In this document: positions 49,850 to 61,800 of the stretch, piece after piece
How positions within the stretch are numbered: the stretch's first letter is position 1
Layout of the letters: every line of letters starts with the position of its first letter
Assembly (NCBI GenBank): GCA_002104905.1
Contig: MCFE01000489.1
Coordinates: 3,226-67,225 of the forward strand
DNA length: 64,000 nt
Direction of reading: 5' to 3'
Source of the DNA: Basidiobolus meristosporus CBS 931.73
Lineage: Eukaryota; Fungi; Basidiobolomycota
Notes under the pieces: generated by a model
What the model saw: only the letters and a program-made list of their open reading frames with translations
Told to the model about the DNA's origin: nothing
Database searches by the model: none
Translations under genes and position numbers: made by a program

Positions 49850-52800
49850 GTTATGATCTGCCGCTTGAATGTTTAAGTTAGATCAGTTTTTAGTCAAATC
49901 AACTAGTATATGTTTAGGTTATCAGTATATCAGTATTATCTATCAAATCAGTAGCATTAGTCAGCAAATGAATCATCAGATCCTTATCAGACAGAAATAG
50001 ATATATTAAGTAGGATCTTATTGGGTGATGATGATGCAATCAAATGAGTCATCAGCCACAACCTACATTAGGAAAGACAATTAGTCAGTAATTGATCCGG
50101 CAAAATATATATAAGGAGCTGCTGGACCCTCAATAAAAATCAATTCAAGTTTTAGTGAATACAATACTAGCTAAACTCCCTATTCCTCTACAACTCTTAT
50201 ACCAAGACTTGTAACATTGGTAGCAGCAATAACCAGAAACCTCCCTCCTGAAGAAAGAAGAAACCACCCTCAAGATGTTGGATAATCAAGAATGGAAGAA
50301 TGCCATGTAGCAAATCCTGGCCGAACAGCAACAGTTACTCCAGATCCTCAGCCAACAGCAACAAGGAATGACTACCATGGCTCAGAACCAGCAATGCCCT
50401 GGTAAGAGCAACTTTAGTGTGAAGGTCAACTGGTACCATGGCAGAGTCAATGAAAACCTGGGGACTTGGCTCTTTCAGATTGAAGAAGCATTTAAAGCTA
50501 AAGGAATTGCTCCAGAAAGCAAGTTGCATTATGCAGCTTCTTACCTGGCAGATGCAGCTTTACAGTGGTACCACAACAAGATCAGGTCAGCCACTATGAT
50601 GGAATGCTCTACAATCTCTACCTGGGATGAGTTTGTGTCGGAAATTCAGGATGCTTTTGAACCTCCGCACCAACAGACACTACTAAGAAGGAAGTTAAAG
50701 ACACTCAGACAGAAAGGAATGGTTCAAGAATACATCTATGAGTACAGATGTCTACTTGAACAAATTGAAAGAATGGACCCCCTGGATCAAGTTGAATACT
50801 TTATTGATGGGTTGAAAGAAAGAACTCGCAAGGAAGTGAATTATTGAAGACCTCCAACTATTGAAGAAGCCATCAAGATTGCCATTGACTATGACTCAGC
50901 TATGTTTGGAGTTGGGAAGCCTACAGTGACTAATCAGAAAGGTTACAATCATTATGAAAGAAGACAGTCAGAAGCAGTACCAATGGAAATAGACGCTATG
51001 CAGAAGAACCCTGCCTTGGAAGAATGTAAGAAGAAAGGACTTTGCTTTGATTGCCACCAGCAAGGACATATTGCAAAGTACTGCCCTCAGAGAAGAAATG
51101 GACACCAGCCATCAAGAACCTTTAACTGTATTGAGGCCATGGAGCATAGTAACAAGAAGTATGATCTTGAAGAAGACTCAGAACTCACCTTCCATATGAC
51201 AGAAGAATACCCATCCCAGATGACCTCAAACTCAGGAAAGCTATTATACTTGAATGGAGTAATCAATGGAGTACCTGCTAAGATCATGATTGACTCAGGA
51301 GCATCACATGAATACATGTCAGAGCAATTTGCTATGAAAGCTGGGATCAACTTGGAACCTACCAAATCAACTTCAGTCTCAACAGCTGATGGGAGCTCTC
51401 ACATAATCAACTGTATTACTCAGCCAGTAAGAATGAAGATCAATGACTATGAAGAAGACCTACAGGCTTATATATGTGGGAACTGCAAGTTTGACCTTGT
51501 ACTTGGAAAAAACTGGCTATTTTGTCATAATCCATCAATCAACTGGAGAACCCATGCTACTCAGATCCAAAAAGACAACAAGACCTATGAGCTATTACCT
51601 GCCAGGCTAAATTTTAACTTGGTCAATTCCAGTGTGTGTGAGACAAGTGAACTTAGCAAGACCCAGTTCTGTAGAGCGCTTAGAAAAGGTACTCAGATGT
51701 TCCTCATGGCGGTTTTACAGGAGGATTCCTCTACCCCAGCAGGTCCAGACACTCTTGAAGAAATATTCAGACGTGTTCCCAGATGAGCTTGTAAGCCTAC
51801 CACCAATCAGAGACATGAATCATGCCATTGACACAGGCAATAGCCCTCCAGTGAGCAAGACACCTTACAGAATGAGTCCATTGGAATTGCAGGAAATGAA
51901 GAGACAAATTGATCATCTATTGGAGCAAGGATACATCAGGCCCAGCAAGTCACCCTGGGGAGCACCAGTGCTTTTTGTGAAAAAGAAGGATGGAACACTT
52001 AGGATGTGCATTGACTACAGAGCCCTGAACTCAGTTACCGTCAAGAATAAGTACCCCATACCTTGGATTGATGAGCTTTTAGACCAACTTAATGGAGCCA
52101 CTATTTTCAGCAAGATTGACCTCATGTCAGGATACAACCAGATTAGGGTGAAACCAGAAGATATCCCTAAGACAGCATTCAGGACCAGATATGGACATTA
52201 CGAGTACTTAGTCATGAGTTTTGGCCTCAATAATGCCCCTGCAACATTCATGACGCTGACGCAGACTGTCTTTCAGGAGTACTTAGACAAATTTGTGATA
52301 ATCTACCTGGATGACATATTGATATACAGCAAGACAGAAAAGGATCACATGGTGCACATTGAAAAGGTCTTGAAGAAACTAAGAGAGAACAAGCTATATG
52401 GCAAGCTAGCCAAGTGTGAAATCTTCAAGGAACACATTGAATACCTGGGACACATAGTGACTAGCACAGGAGTGACCTTAGACCCTAAGAAGGTTGAAGT
52501 TATCAAGAATTTGAAGCAGCCCCATAGCATATCAGAGCTCAGATCATTCCTTGGAATGGTTTCCTATTATCGGAGATTTGTCAAGTCTTTTGCAAGTATT
52601 GCAGCACCTTTAACTGATATCCTCAAGAAAGACAATACCTATAAGTGGGACATAGCTTGTAAGACTGCCTTCCAGATGCTCAAGAATGAACTTGCTAAGC
52701 TGCCCAGCTTAAGAATACCAGACTTCAGAAAAGAGTTCACTCTGTGCACAGATGCTTCAGATTATGCAATTGGTGGAGTCCTGAGCCAAGAACACAAGGG

Positions 52801-55142
52801 AAAGTACTACCCTGTTGCCTTTGAATCCAAGAAACTGAACTCAGCAGTACAAAACCATCCAGTCCATGAGAAGGAGATGCTTGCTATAATACACTGTTGG
52901 AAGACATGGTTGCTGACGCCTTATTAAGATTAGATCAAGTTGCACAACTCAACTTGGTGCATGAATCAGATTGGCCTAGCCTATTACCAAAGTACTTGGA
53001 GGACCAAGCCATTCCTAAAGAGGTGGATGAAGATATCAAGAAGATAATCCGTGATGAAGCCAGCAAATTTGTAGTACAGGATGAAACACTCTACCAAGTT
53101 GTTGATGGAAGCCCTATTGCCTATTGCCCTTATGTTTCTTGCCTGGATTTAATACATAAGCTACACAATGGATATGGACATCTTGGGATTGAAGGAACCT
53201 ATAAGACGTGTTCTGTTGGATAGTGCCACATTGAGCCATGAGTGCCAAATGATGCCATAGTGTGCCAGGGAGGCCAAGTGAGCCTATACTTGGCCACACA
53301 GTGTGAAACATAGATCTGCATCTTCATGCAAAGCAGCCCCTGTGTTTCACCAATTGTGTTGGAGAAAATTCATTTTTTGACCTTTTTTTTGAGGTCAATG
53401 TTGTGCAGGATGTGTAAGAGCACAAAAGGATTGAAAATATGCATTTGGTACTCAATACCCATGGCACTCTGAGTCTAGCTCCTGTGGCTTATAACTTGTT
53501 ACAACAGTGCATGGCACTATCTGGCACTATACTTAATTATTAGCCCTAAAGTAAGATCTATACAAAGCACTTATAGTGCTAGGTAGTACCAGTGGACCAA
53601 GATAGTGCCATGCATTGTTGTGACATGTAACAAGCCACAGGAGCTAGATTCAGAGTGCCATGGGTATTGAGTACCTGATGCATGTCTTCAGTTCTTCTGT
53701 GCTCTTACACATCCTGCATAACATTGATCCACAAAAAAACATCAAAAAATGGATTTTCTCCTGCATCATAGGTGAAACACAGGGGCTGCTTTGCATGAAG
53801 ATGCAGATCTATGTTTCACACTCTGTGGCCAAGTATAGGCTCACTTGGCCTCTCTGGCACACTAAGGCATTATTTGGCACTCATGGCTCAATGTGGCACT
53901 ATCCAACGGAACAAGTCTATAGCCTTGTGAAAGCCAGAGCATGGTGGCCCAGAATGAGACAAGATATTGAGAAGCTAGTGAAAACATGCCCAAACTGCCA
54001 AATCAATCAAGGTCAGCGACAAAGAATTGCCAAACTCTTCCCTTTGGAGCCTGTAAGACCATTTGAGAGATGGGGAATTGACTTTGTTGGAAGACTGCCA
54101 ACTACCAGGAAATGCAACCGTTGGATCCTAGTAGCAATTGACCATGCCACTAAATGGCCAGTTGCTAAAGCTGTACCAATAGCCAGTGAACAAGAAGTTG
54201 CAAGTTTCATTTACCAGGAGATCCTGATGAAGTTTGGATGCCCTGTGGAGATCTTATCTGATAGAGGAGCAAACTTTATGGCAAAGACATTAGAGGCTTA
54301 CCTGGAAATGCAGCAGATCAGACATGGATGTGAGCCAAGGATTCCAGGAGATCTCACACAACCAAAGCTTATAGACACCTTAGAAGATGAAGTCAGTCAG
54401 CCAAGTAGACACCAGCAACTGGAACAAAGACATCAAGAGGCACAGACCAGAGTATCTCAAAGTGCAGAAAAGATGAAGCAGAGATTTGATAAGACTATAG
54501 CACCAGAAGCATTGACAGTTGGGAACCTTGTATTGCTAAGAAACAACACTTGAAAGAAGTTTGAGCCACAATGGCCAGGACCATTCAAGATCATCAGAGA
54601 ATGTCCATTTGCAACTTACCAACTGGTGGACAAACAAGGCAATATCCGGGAAGACTTAGTGCATAGGGACAGACTCAAGCTTGCAAGACTTGCTGATAAT
54701 ACTGAACCATCAAGATATTGGTATCACAAGAAAAGAGATTCAGGAGAACCCTCTCAACTTTAGTAGGGGAGAAAGTTATGATCTGCCGCTTGAATGTTTA
54801 AGTTAGATCAGTTTTTAGTCAAATCAACTAGTATATGTTTTAGGTTATCAGTATATCAGTATTATCTATGAAATCAGTAGCATTAGTCAGCAAATGAATC
54901 AGCAGATCCTTATCAGACAGAATTAGATATATTAAGTAGGATCTTATTGGGTGATGATGATGCAATCAATTGAGTCATCAGCCACAACCTACATTAGGAA
55001 ATACAATTAGTCAGCAATTGATCCGGCAAAATGTATATAAGGAGCTGCTGGAACCTCAATAAAAATCAGTTCAAGTTTTAGTGAATACAATACTAGCTAA
55101 ACTCCCTATTCCTCTACAACTCTTATACCAAGACTTGTAACA
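49850..55142 (+). mobile_element. Ty3/Gypsy element G1: both LTRs present (49850-50216, 54775-55142), coding region disrupted
   Basis: PBS TGGTAGCAGC (tRNA-iMet 3'-end type), gag CCHC, protease DSG, RT YLDD, RNase H TDAS, integrase, PPT AGTAGGGGAGAAA. Stops, a frameshift, deletions in RNase H and integrase, and a foldback insertion. About ten LTR differences by eye. Confidence 0.97.
53204..53918. mobile_element. 715-bp foldback element inserted in G1 pol
   Basis: The empty site in G2 reads GGAACCTATAGCC; G1 reads CCTATA|AGACG...CAAGTCT|ATAGCC, giving a 3-bp TSD ATA. Confidence 0.95.
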
Positions 55143-55640
55143 ATGGCAATGTTTTGTGTGTACTGCTGCTAAATAGGTATATAAGCTTAATAATGTTGAG
55201 GCATTCCACTGATTAGATTTTAATGGCAATCTGATGGTCTTAACATATCCTATACTTAATTCAGCATACCTAACTAGCCAGTATATGCAAAAGCTATATA
55301 TGGAAGATAACTTGATGGTATTTCTACAGCCTAGTTGTAGACATCTGTTGGCATTATACTGGAGGTATAGAAGTCTACTGCTAGCACTGTACAATGCCAC
55401 AATACTAATTACCAATAGTATCTTCTTTACTACCTCCCATTATGCCATTTATATATTCTGTTGTAAATTCAGCCCAATATAGCTTCTCACCCACTACTAC
55501 CATATGTATTCAACTCAAAGTTTGAATCAGAAAAAACAATGACCTCCTGCTTGCTAGCTGCTACATATGTGCTTACCTACTGCAAATATATACTCTATTA
55601 TCTCAATTTTGTGGCTTGTCAGTGTTGTACTTGCAAAGCT
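55143..55640 (-). mobile_element. CACTA C-terminal relic
   Basis: Homologous to ~36150-36600 and ~38600-38950. Confidence 0.55.
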
Positions 55641-56424
55641 GCTATGTACCATTAATATTTGAGATATTGGACTATCTGGTATAATTCAGCAGCTAAAACT
55701 GATTACCTACTCTGCCTACTGTTAGAGACTGTAGGGCTCATTGTCAGCCTTAGCCTGGGCACTTCCCTTCTGATCTATGATCTTATGACTCTTTCTGTAG
55801 TCAGGATCAAATTGGCACCTTTACCAAACACTAAGTATTAGCCTTGAAACTGTTAAAGAATACTCCACACAATTAGGAAACTCTCCCAACTTAATGTTAC
55901 AGCTTTATTACCTTTGCAAAGGTTTAACTATTGAGTAAGCAACAGCTTGAACATTTTTACTATTTCTTGAAAAATTCCTTACTTGCAAAACACTTGTTAA
56001 GTTGCAGCAGTTTATGAGCTCCAATTGCCTTCATTGATTTTAAACATGACTTCAATCCGTACAGAGTACAACATTATGATCATCCCTGCAAAGGAGTGGT
56101 TTGATATCAAGAACTGCAGACTTTGATTACTAAGATTCAGGTCTGCCTTTGAGAAAGAGAGCTTTGGAATAAAATAAAATACAAGGAAGTTGAGCCTAAA
56201 GAAGCAGCAGAAGAAGTTGAGAAGTCTTTAGAAAAGGTGAGAAGTGCCCTCAATTCCACATGTATCAATGTGCAAGACTCCTTATTAGACAAATACATGC
56301 TTCCAAATCAGTCAAAACAGCATGCATATCTTTAGAGAAGATCTTTGAAGCAAAGTGGTATCAAGAAGTCAGTTCTTCCACATCAGGAAGAAGCCAGAGG
56401 ATTATATCCTACAACTAATTGCCA
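55640..56424 (+). mobile_element. Old Copia family-2 fragment (LTR part, PBS, gag)
   Basis: Homologous to 57770-58550; degenerate PBS GTTTATGAGCTCC. Confidence 0.7.
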
Positions 56425-57540
56425 GTTATATCATCTGCCATTTGAATGTCAAAGTTAGATGAGTTTTTAGTCAAATCATTAGTGTTATGCTTAGCCTATT
56501 GGTATTTCCGTATTGGTCAGCAGTTCATCTTGCAAAATATATTTAAGGAACTGTTGGACCATCAACAAAGATCAATTCAAGCTTTAGTCAATATAATACC
56601 AGTTGAGCTCCCTATCTCTCTACAACTCTTATATCAAGACTTGTAATATTGGCAGCAGGAATAATCAGAAACCCTCCCTACGATGTTGGAAATCAAGGTG
56701 CTTTTAAGCCTCTACATTAGCAGACAGTACTTAGCAGGAAGCTAAAGATAGCTACAGAGAAAGGAAAACTCAAGGATACACAGATCAGTGTAGATTTCTA
56801 CTTAGACAGCTTAAAAGACTGAACCCCATTGATCAAGTTGAATACTTCATTGATGAGCTGAAAGGAAGAGCTTACAAGGAAGTGAGTTGTTAAAGACCTC
56901 AGAATATTGAAGAAGGCCTAAGCATTGCCACTGACTATGGCTCAGCTATTTTGAAGTGGAAAGCCTAAAGTGAATATTCACAAAAGTTATAATCACTAGA
57001 AAAGAAGACAATCCAAAGTAGTGGCAATGGAAAAAGACACTATGCAGAATAATCCCAGCTCAGAAGAGTGTAAGAGAAAGGACTTTATTTAAGTTGCTAA
57101 CAGTATGGGCACAAGTCAAGGTACTGCCATCAGACAGTAAAGAGTCCAAAGTCAACAAGAATCTTCTACTATTTTAAAGCCCCTGTCTATAGTGATATGG
57201 TGGATAATCTTAAAGAAGACTCAGAACTCACCTTCATAAGCAAAAGAATACTTATCCCAAATGACCTCAGGCTCACAAGAAGCATTATGCTTGTATGTAG
57301 ATATCAGTGGAGTATCTGCCAAGATAATGGTTGACTCAGAAACACTGCACAAGTACATCACAAACAACATGCCTTGAAAGCTGGAATCCACTTGGTATCT
57401 ACCAAATATACTGCTGTTTCAATAGCAGATGGAAACTCTTGCCTGATCACCTATATAACTTAGCCAGTAAGAATGAATAACAATGACCCTGAAGAAGACC
57501 TACTGGCCTACATATCTAGAAACTACATACTTGACCTGCT
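56425..57540 (+). mobile_element. Old, degraded member of the Gypsy family (5' LTR, PBS, gag/protease remnants)
   Basis: GTTAT...CTTGTAATA|TTGGCAGCAG; remnants [11 protein letters not shown] and KIMVDSE. Confidence 0.75.
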
Positions 57541-57544
57541 ACTT

Positions 57545-57765
57545 AGAAGAGTTTGGCATATAGCTAATTGAGTTGACTAAAACCAATATAACTTGAACAT
57601 TTTAGCGGTATATCCTAACATTCTCTGCTACTAAAGTTAAGTGGGCTCTCTTGAATCTCTGTTCTTGTGATATCAATATCTTGATGGTTCAGTATTTCTG
57701 GCAAGTCTTGCAAGCTTGAGTCTATCTCTATGAACTAAATCTTCCTCAATACTCCCTTGTTTGTG
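57545..57765 (-). mobile_element. Inverted 3' fragment of a related Gypsy (integrase end, PPT, LTR start TGTTAGG)
   Basis: Reverse complement encodes [21 protein letters not shown] followed by TTTAGTAGCAGAGAA-TGTTA. Confidence 0.75.
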
Positions 57766-57769
57766 TTGA

Positions 57770-58810
57770 AATATTGAACTATTTGGTATCATTCAGCAGC
57801 TAAAAATTTACTTGACAATTCTAGGCTAGTCTTAGTCACTGTAGGACTCATTTACTGCCTTAACTTTGCCACTTTCTCCAGATATATGATCTATTGATTA
57901 TTCCCTTATAGTCAGGATCAAATTAGCACTATTACCAAACATTATGTACTAACCCTGAAACTGTTACAGAATGTTCCTGAATATTAAGAAACCCTCCCTA
58001 CTTAGTGTTGCAGCTGTATTACTTCTACAAAGGTATAAATACTGAGCTTCTTTATGAATAACAACAGTTCAACTATTATCACTATTTCTTGATAAGTTCC
58101 TTATATCCAAATCACATCTTAAATTGCAACAGGTTATGAGCCCCAATTGCCTTAATCTTTTATCAAGGTGACTTCTACCAGCAAACAAAGCAATACCAAC
58201 ATCTTGCCTGTAAAGGAGAGGTTTGATGGGAAGAACTACAGACTTTGGAGAATCAAGATGCAGATCCACCTTGAGGAAAGAAAGCTTTGGAACATAGTAA
58301 CAGGAAAGGAAGTTGAGCCCAAAGGAACAGCAGAAGATGTGGAGCAGTTTCAAGAGAAGGAGAGAAGGGCCTTCAATGCAATATGCATCAATGTGCAAGA
58401 CTCCTTCATTGGACAAATCCATGCCTCAAATACTGCCAAAGCAGCATAGGAATCCTTAGAGAAGATCTTTAGAGCAAAGTCAGTATCAAGCAAGCTTTAT
58501 TTGCAACAAAAGTTCTTCAACATGAGAAAAAAGCCAGATGATGACATGCTACAACTCATTACCAGAATGGAGGCACTTGCAGAAGAACTTTACAGTATTA
58601 ATGCTGGTGTAGATGATGAAGAAAAGATACTCTGTCTGCTTTGCAGCCTACCAGACAAGTATGAGCCACTTATACTTTCTTTTGAAAGCGGAGAAGACAA
58701 CTTGACTTTAGACTATGTCAAAGGAATACTTCTCCATGAGGAACTCAGACGTAATGATCAAGCAGAGAAAATTGAAGATAATGCTTTATTCAGTTCAGAA
58801 AGGCATACAC
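57770..58810 (+). mobile_element. Copia family-2 5' part (LTR end ~58131, PBS 58132-58143, gag 58168-58810) interrupted by G2
   Basis: FDGKNYRLWRIKMQIHLEERKLWNIV; LLCSLPDKYEPLI; LTLDYVKGILLHEE. Confidence 0.88.
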
Positions 58811-61800
58811 GTTATGATCTGCTGCTTGAATGTTTAAGTTAGATCAGTTTTTAGTCAAATCAACTAGTATATGCTTTAGGTTATCAGTATATCAGTATTA
58901 TCTATAAAATCAGTAGCATTAGTCAGCAAATGAATCAGCAGATCCTTATCAGACAGAAATAGATATATTAAGTAGGATCTTATTGGGTGATGATGATGCA
59001 ATCAAATGAGTCATCAGCCACAACCTACATTAGGAAATACAATTAGTCAGCAATTGATCTGGCAAAATGTATATAAGGAGCTGCTGGAACCTCAATAAAA
59101 ATCAGTTCAAGTTTTAGTGAATACAATACTAGCTAAACTCCCTATTCCTCTACAATTCTTATACCAAGACTTGTGACATTGGTAGCAGCAATAACCAGAA
59201 ACCTCCCTCCTGAAGAAAGAAGAAACCACCCTCAAGATGTTGGACAATCAAGAATGGAAGAATGCCATGCAGCAAATCCTGGCCCAACAGCAACAGCTAC
59301 TCCAGATCATCAGCCAACAGCAACAAGCAATGACTACCATGGCTCAGAGCCAGCAAAGCCCTGTCAAGAGCAACTTTAGTGTGAAGGTCAACCGGTACCA
59401 TGGCAGAGTCAATGAAAACCTGTGAACTTGGCTCTTTCAGATTGAAGAAGCTTTTAAAGCTAAAGGAATTACTCCAGAGAGCAAGTTGCATTATGCAGCT
59501 TCTTACCTGGCAGATGCAGCTTTACAGTGGTACCACAACAAGATCAGGTCAGCTACTATGATGGGATGCTCTACAATCTCTACTTGGGATGAGTTTGTGT
59601 CAGAAATTCAGGATGCTTTTGAACCTCCACACCAGCAGACACTACTAAGAAGGAAGTTAAAGACACTCAGACAGAAAGGAACGGTGCAAGAATACATCTA
59701 TGAGTACAGATGTCTGCTTGGACAAATTGAAAGAATGGACCCCTTGGATCAAGTTGAATACTTTATTGATGGGTTGAAAGAAAGAACTCGCAAGGAAGTC
59801 AATTACCAAAGACCTCAGACTATTGAAGAAGCCATCAAGATTGCCATTGACTATGACTCAGCTATGTTTGGAGTTGGGAAGCCTACAGTGACTAATCAGA
59901 AAGGCTATAATCATTATGAAAGAAGACAATCAGAAGCAGTACCAATGGAATTAGACGCTATGCAGAAGAATCCCTCCTCAGAAGAATGCAAGAAGAGAGG
60001 ACTTTGCTTCAATTGCCACCAGCAGGGACATATTGCAAAGTACTGCCCTCAGAGAAGAAATGGACACCAGCCAACAAGAATCTTCAACCATATGGAGTCC
60101 CATGAACACAGTAATGTGGAAGATGAGCTTGAAGAAGACTTGGAACTCACCTTCCATATGACAGAAGAGTACTTGTCCCAAATGACTTCAAACTCAGGGA
60201 AGTTATTGTACTTGAATGGAGTAATCAATGGAGTACCTGCCAAGATCATGATTGACTCAGGAGCATTGCATAAGTACATGTCAGAGCAATTTGCCTTGAA
60301 AGCTGGAATCAACTTGGAACCTACCAAATCAACTTCAGTTTCCACAGCTGATGGGAACTCCCACATAATCAACCGAATTACCCAGCCAGTAAGAATGAAG
60401 ATCAATGACTATGAAGAAGACCTACAGGCTTATATATTTGGGAACTGCAAGTTTGACCTTGTACTTGGAAAAACCTGGCTATTTTGTTGTAATCCATCAA
60501 TCAACTGGAGAACCCATGCTACTCAGATTCAAAAAGACAACAAGACCTATGAGCTATTACCTGCCATGCTGGATTTCAACTTGGTCAATTCCAGTGTGTG
60601 TGAGACAAGTGAACTTAGCAAGACCCAGTTCTGTAGAGCACTTAGAAAAGGTACTAAGATGTTCCTCATGGCGGTATTACAGGAGGATTCCTCTACCCCA
60701 GCACCCCAGCAAGTCCAGACTCTCTTGAAGAAATATTCAGATGTGTTCCCAGATGAGCTTGTAAGCCTACCACCAGTCAGAGATGTGGATCATGCCATTG
60801 ACACAGGAGATAGCCCTCCAGTGAGCAAGACACCTTACAGAATGAGTCCATTAGAATTGGAGGAAATGAAGAGACAAATTGATCAGCTATTGGAGCAAGG
60901 ATACATCAGGCCCAGCAAGTCACCCTGGGGAGCACCAGTGCTTTTTGTGAAAAAGAAGGATGGAACACTTAGGATGTGCATTGACTACAGAGCCCTGAAC
61001 TCAGTTACCGTCAAGAATAAGTACCCCATACCTTGGATTGATGAGCTTTTAGACCAACTTAATGGAGCCACTATTTTCAGCAAGATTGACCTCATGTCAG
61101 GATACAACCAGATTAGGGTGAAGCCAGAAGACATCCCCAAGACAGCATTCAGGACCAGATATGGACATTACGGGTACTTAGTTATGAGTTTTGGCCTCAC
61201 CAATGCCCCTGCAACATTCATGACGCTGATGCAGACTGTCTTTCAGGAGTACTTAGACAAGTTTGTGATAATCTACCTGGATGACGTATTGATATACAGC
61301 AAGACAGAAGAGGATCACGTAGTGCACATTGAAAAGGTCTTGAAGAAACTAAGAGAGAACAAGCTATATGGCAAGCTAGCCAAGTGTGAATTCTTCAACA
61401 AGCATGTCAAATACCTAGGACACATAGTGACTAGCACAGGAGTAACCTTAGACCCAAAGATGGTGGAAGTAATCAAGAATTTGAAGCAGCCCCATAGCAT
61501 ATCAGAACTCAGATCATTCCTTGGAATGGTTTCCTATTATCGGAGATTTGTCAAGTCTTTTGCAAGTATTGCAGCCCCTTTAACTGATATCCTCAAGAAA
61601 GACAATACCTACAAGTGGGACATAGCTTGTGAGACTGCCTTCCAGACACTCAAGAATGAACTTGCTAAGCTGCCAAGCCTAAGAATACCAGACTTCAGAA
61701 AAGAGTTCACTCTGTGCACATATGCTTCAGATTATGCAATTGGTGGAGTGCTGAGCCAAGAACACAAGGGAAAGAACTACCCTGTTGCCTTTGAATCCAA

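Noticed and set aside
53660-54553. 297-aa chimeric ORF fusing a foldback arm in frame to G1 integrase as a new gene
   Set aside because: The integrase part lacks the segment with the third catalytic residue ([18 protein letters not shown] is deleted) and ends at a premature TGA; most likely accidental
59423-59425. Programmed stop-codon readthrough between gag and pol in G2
   Set aside because: The stop is only 62 codons into gag and sister copy G1 has GGG there, so it is a mutation
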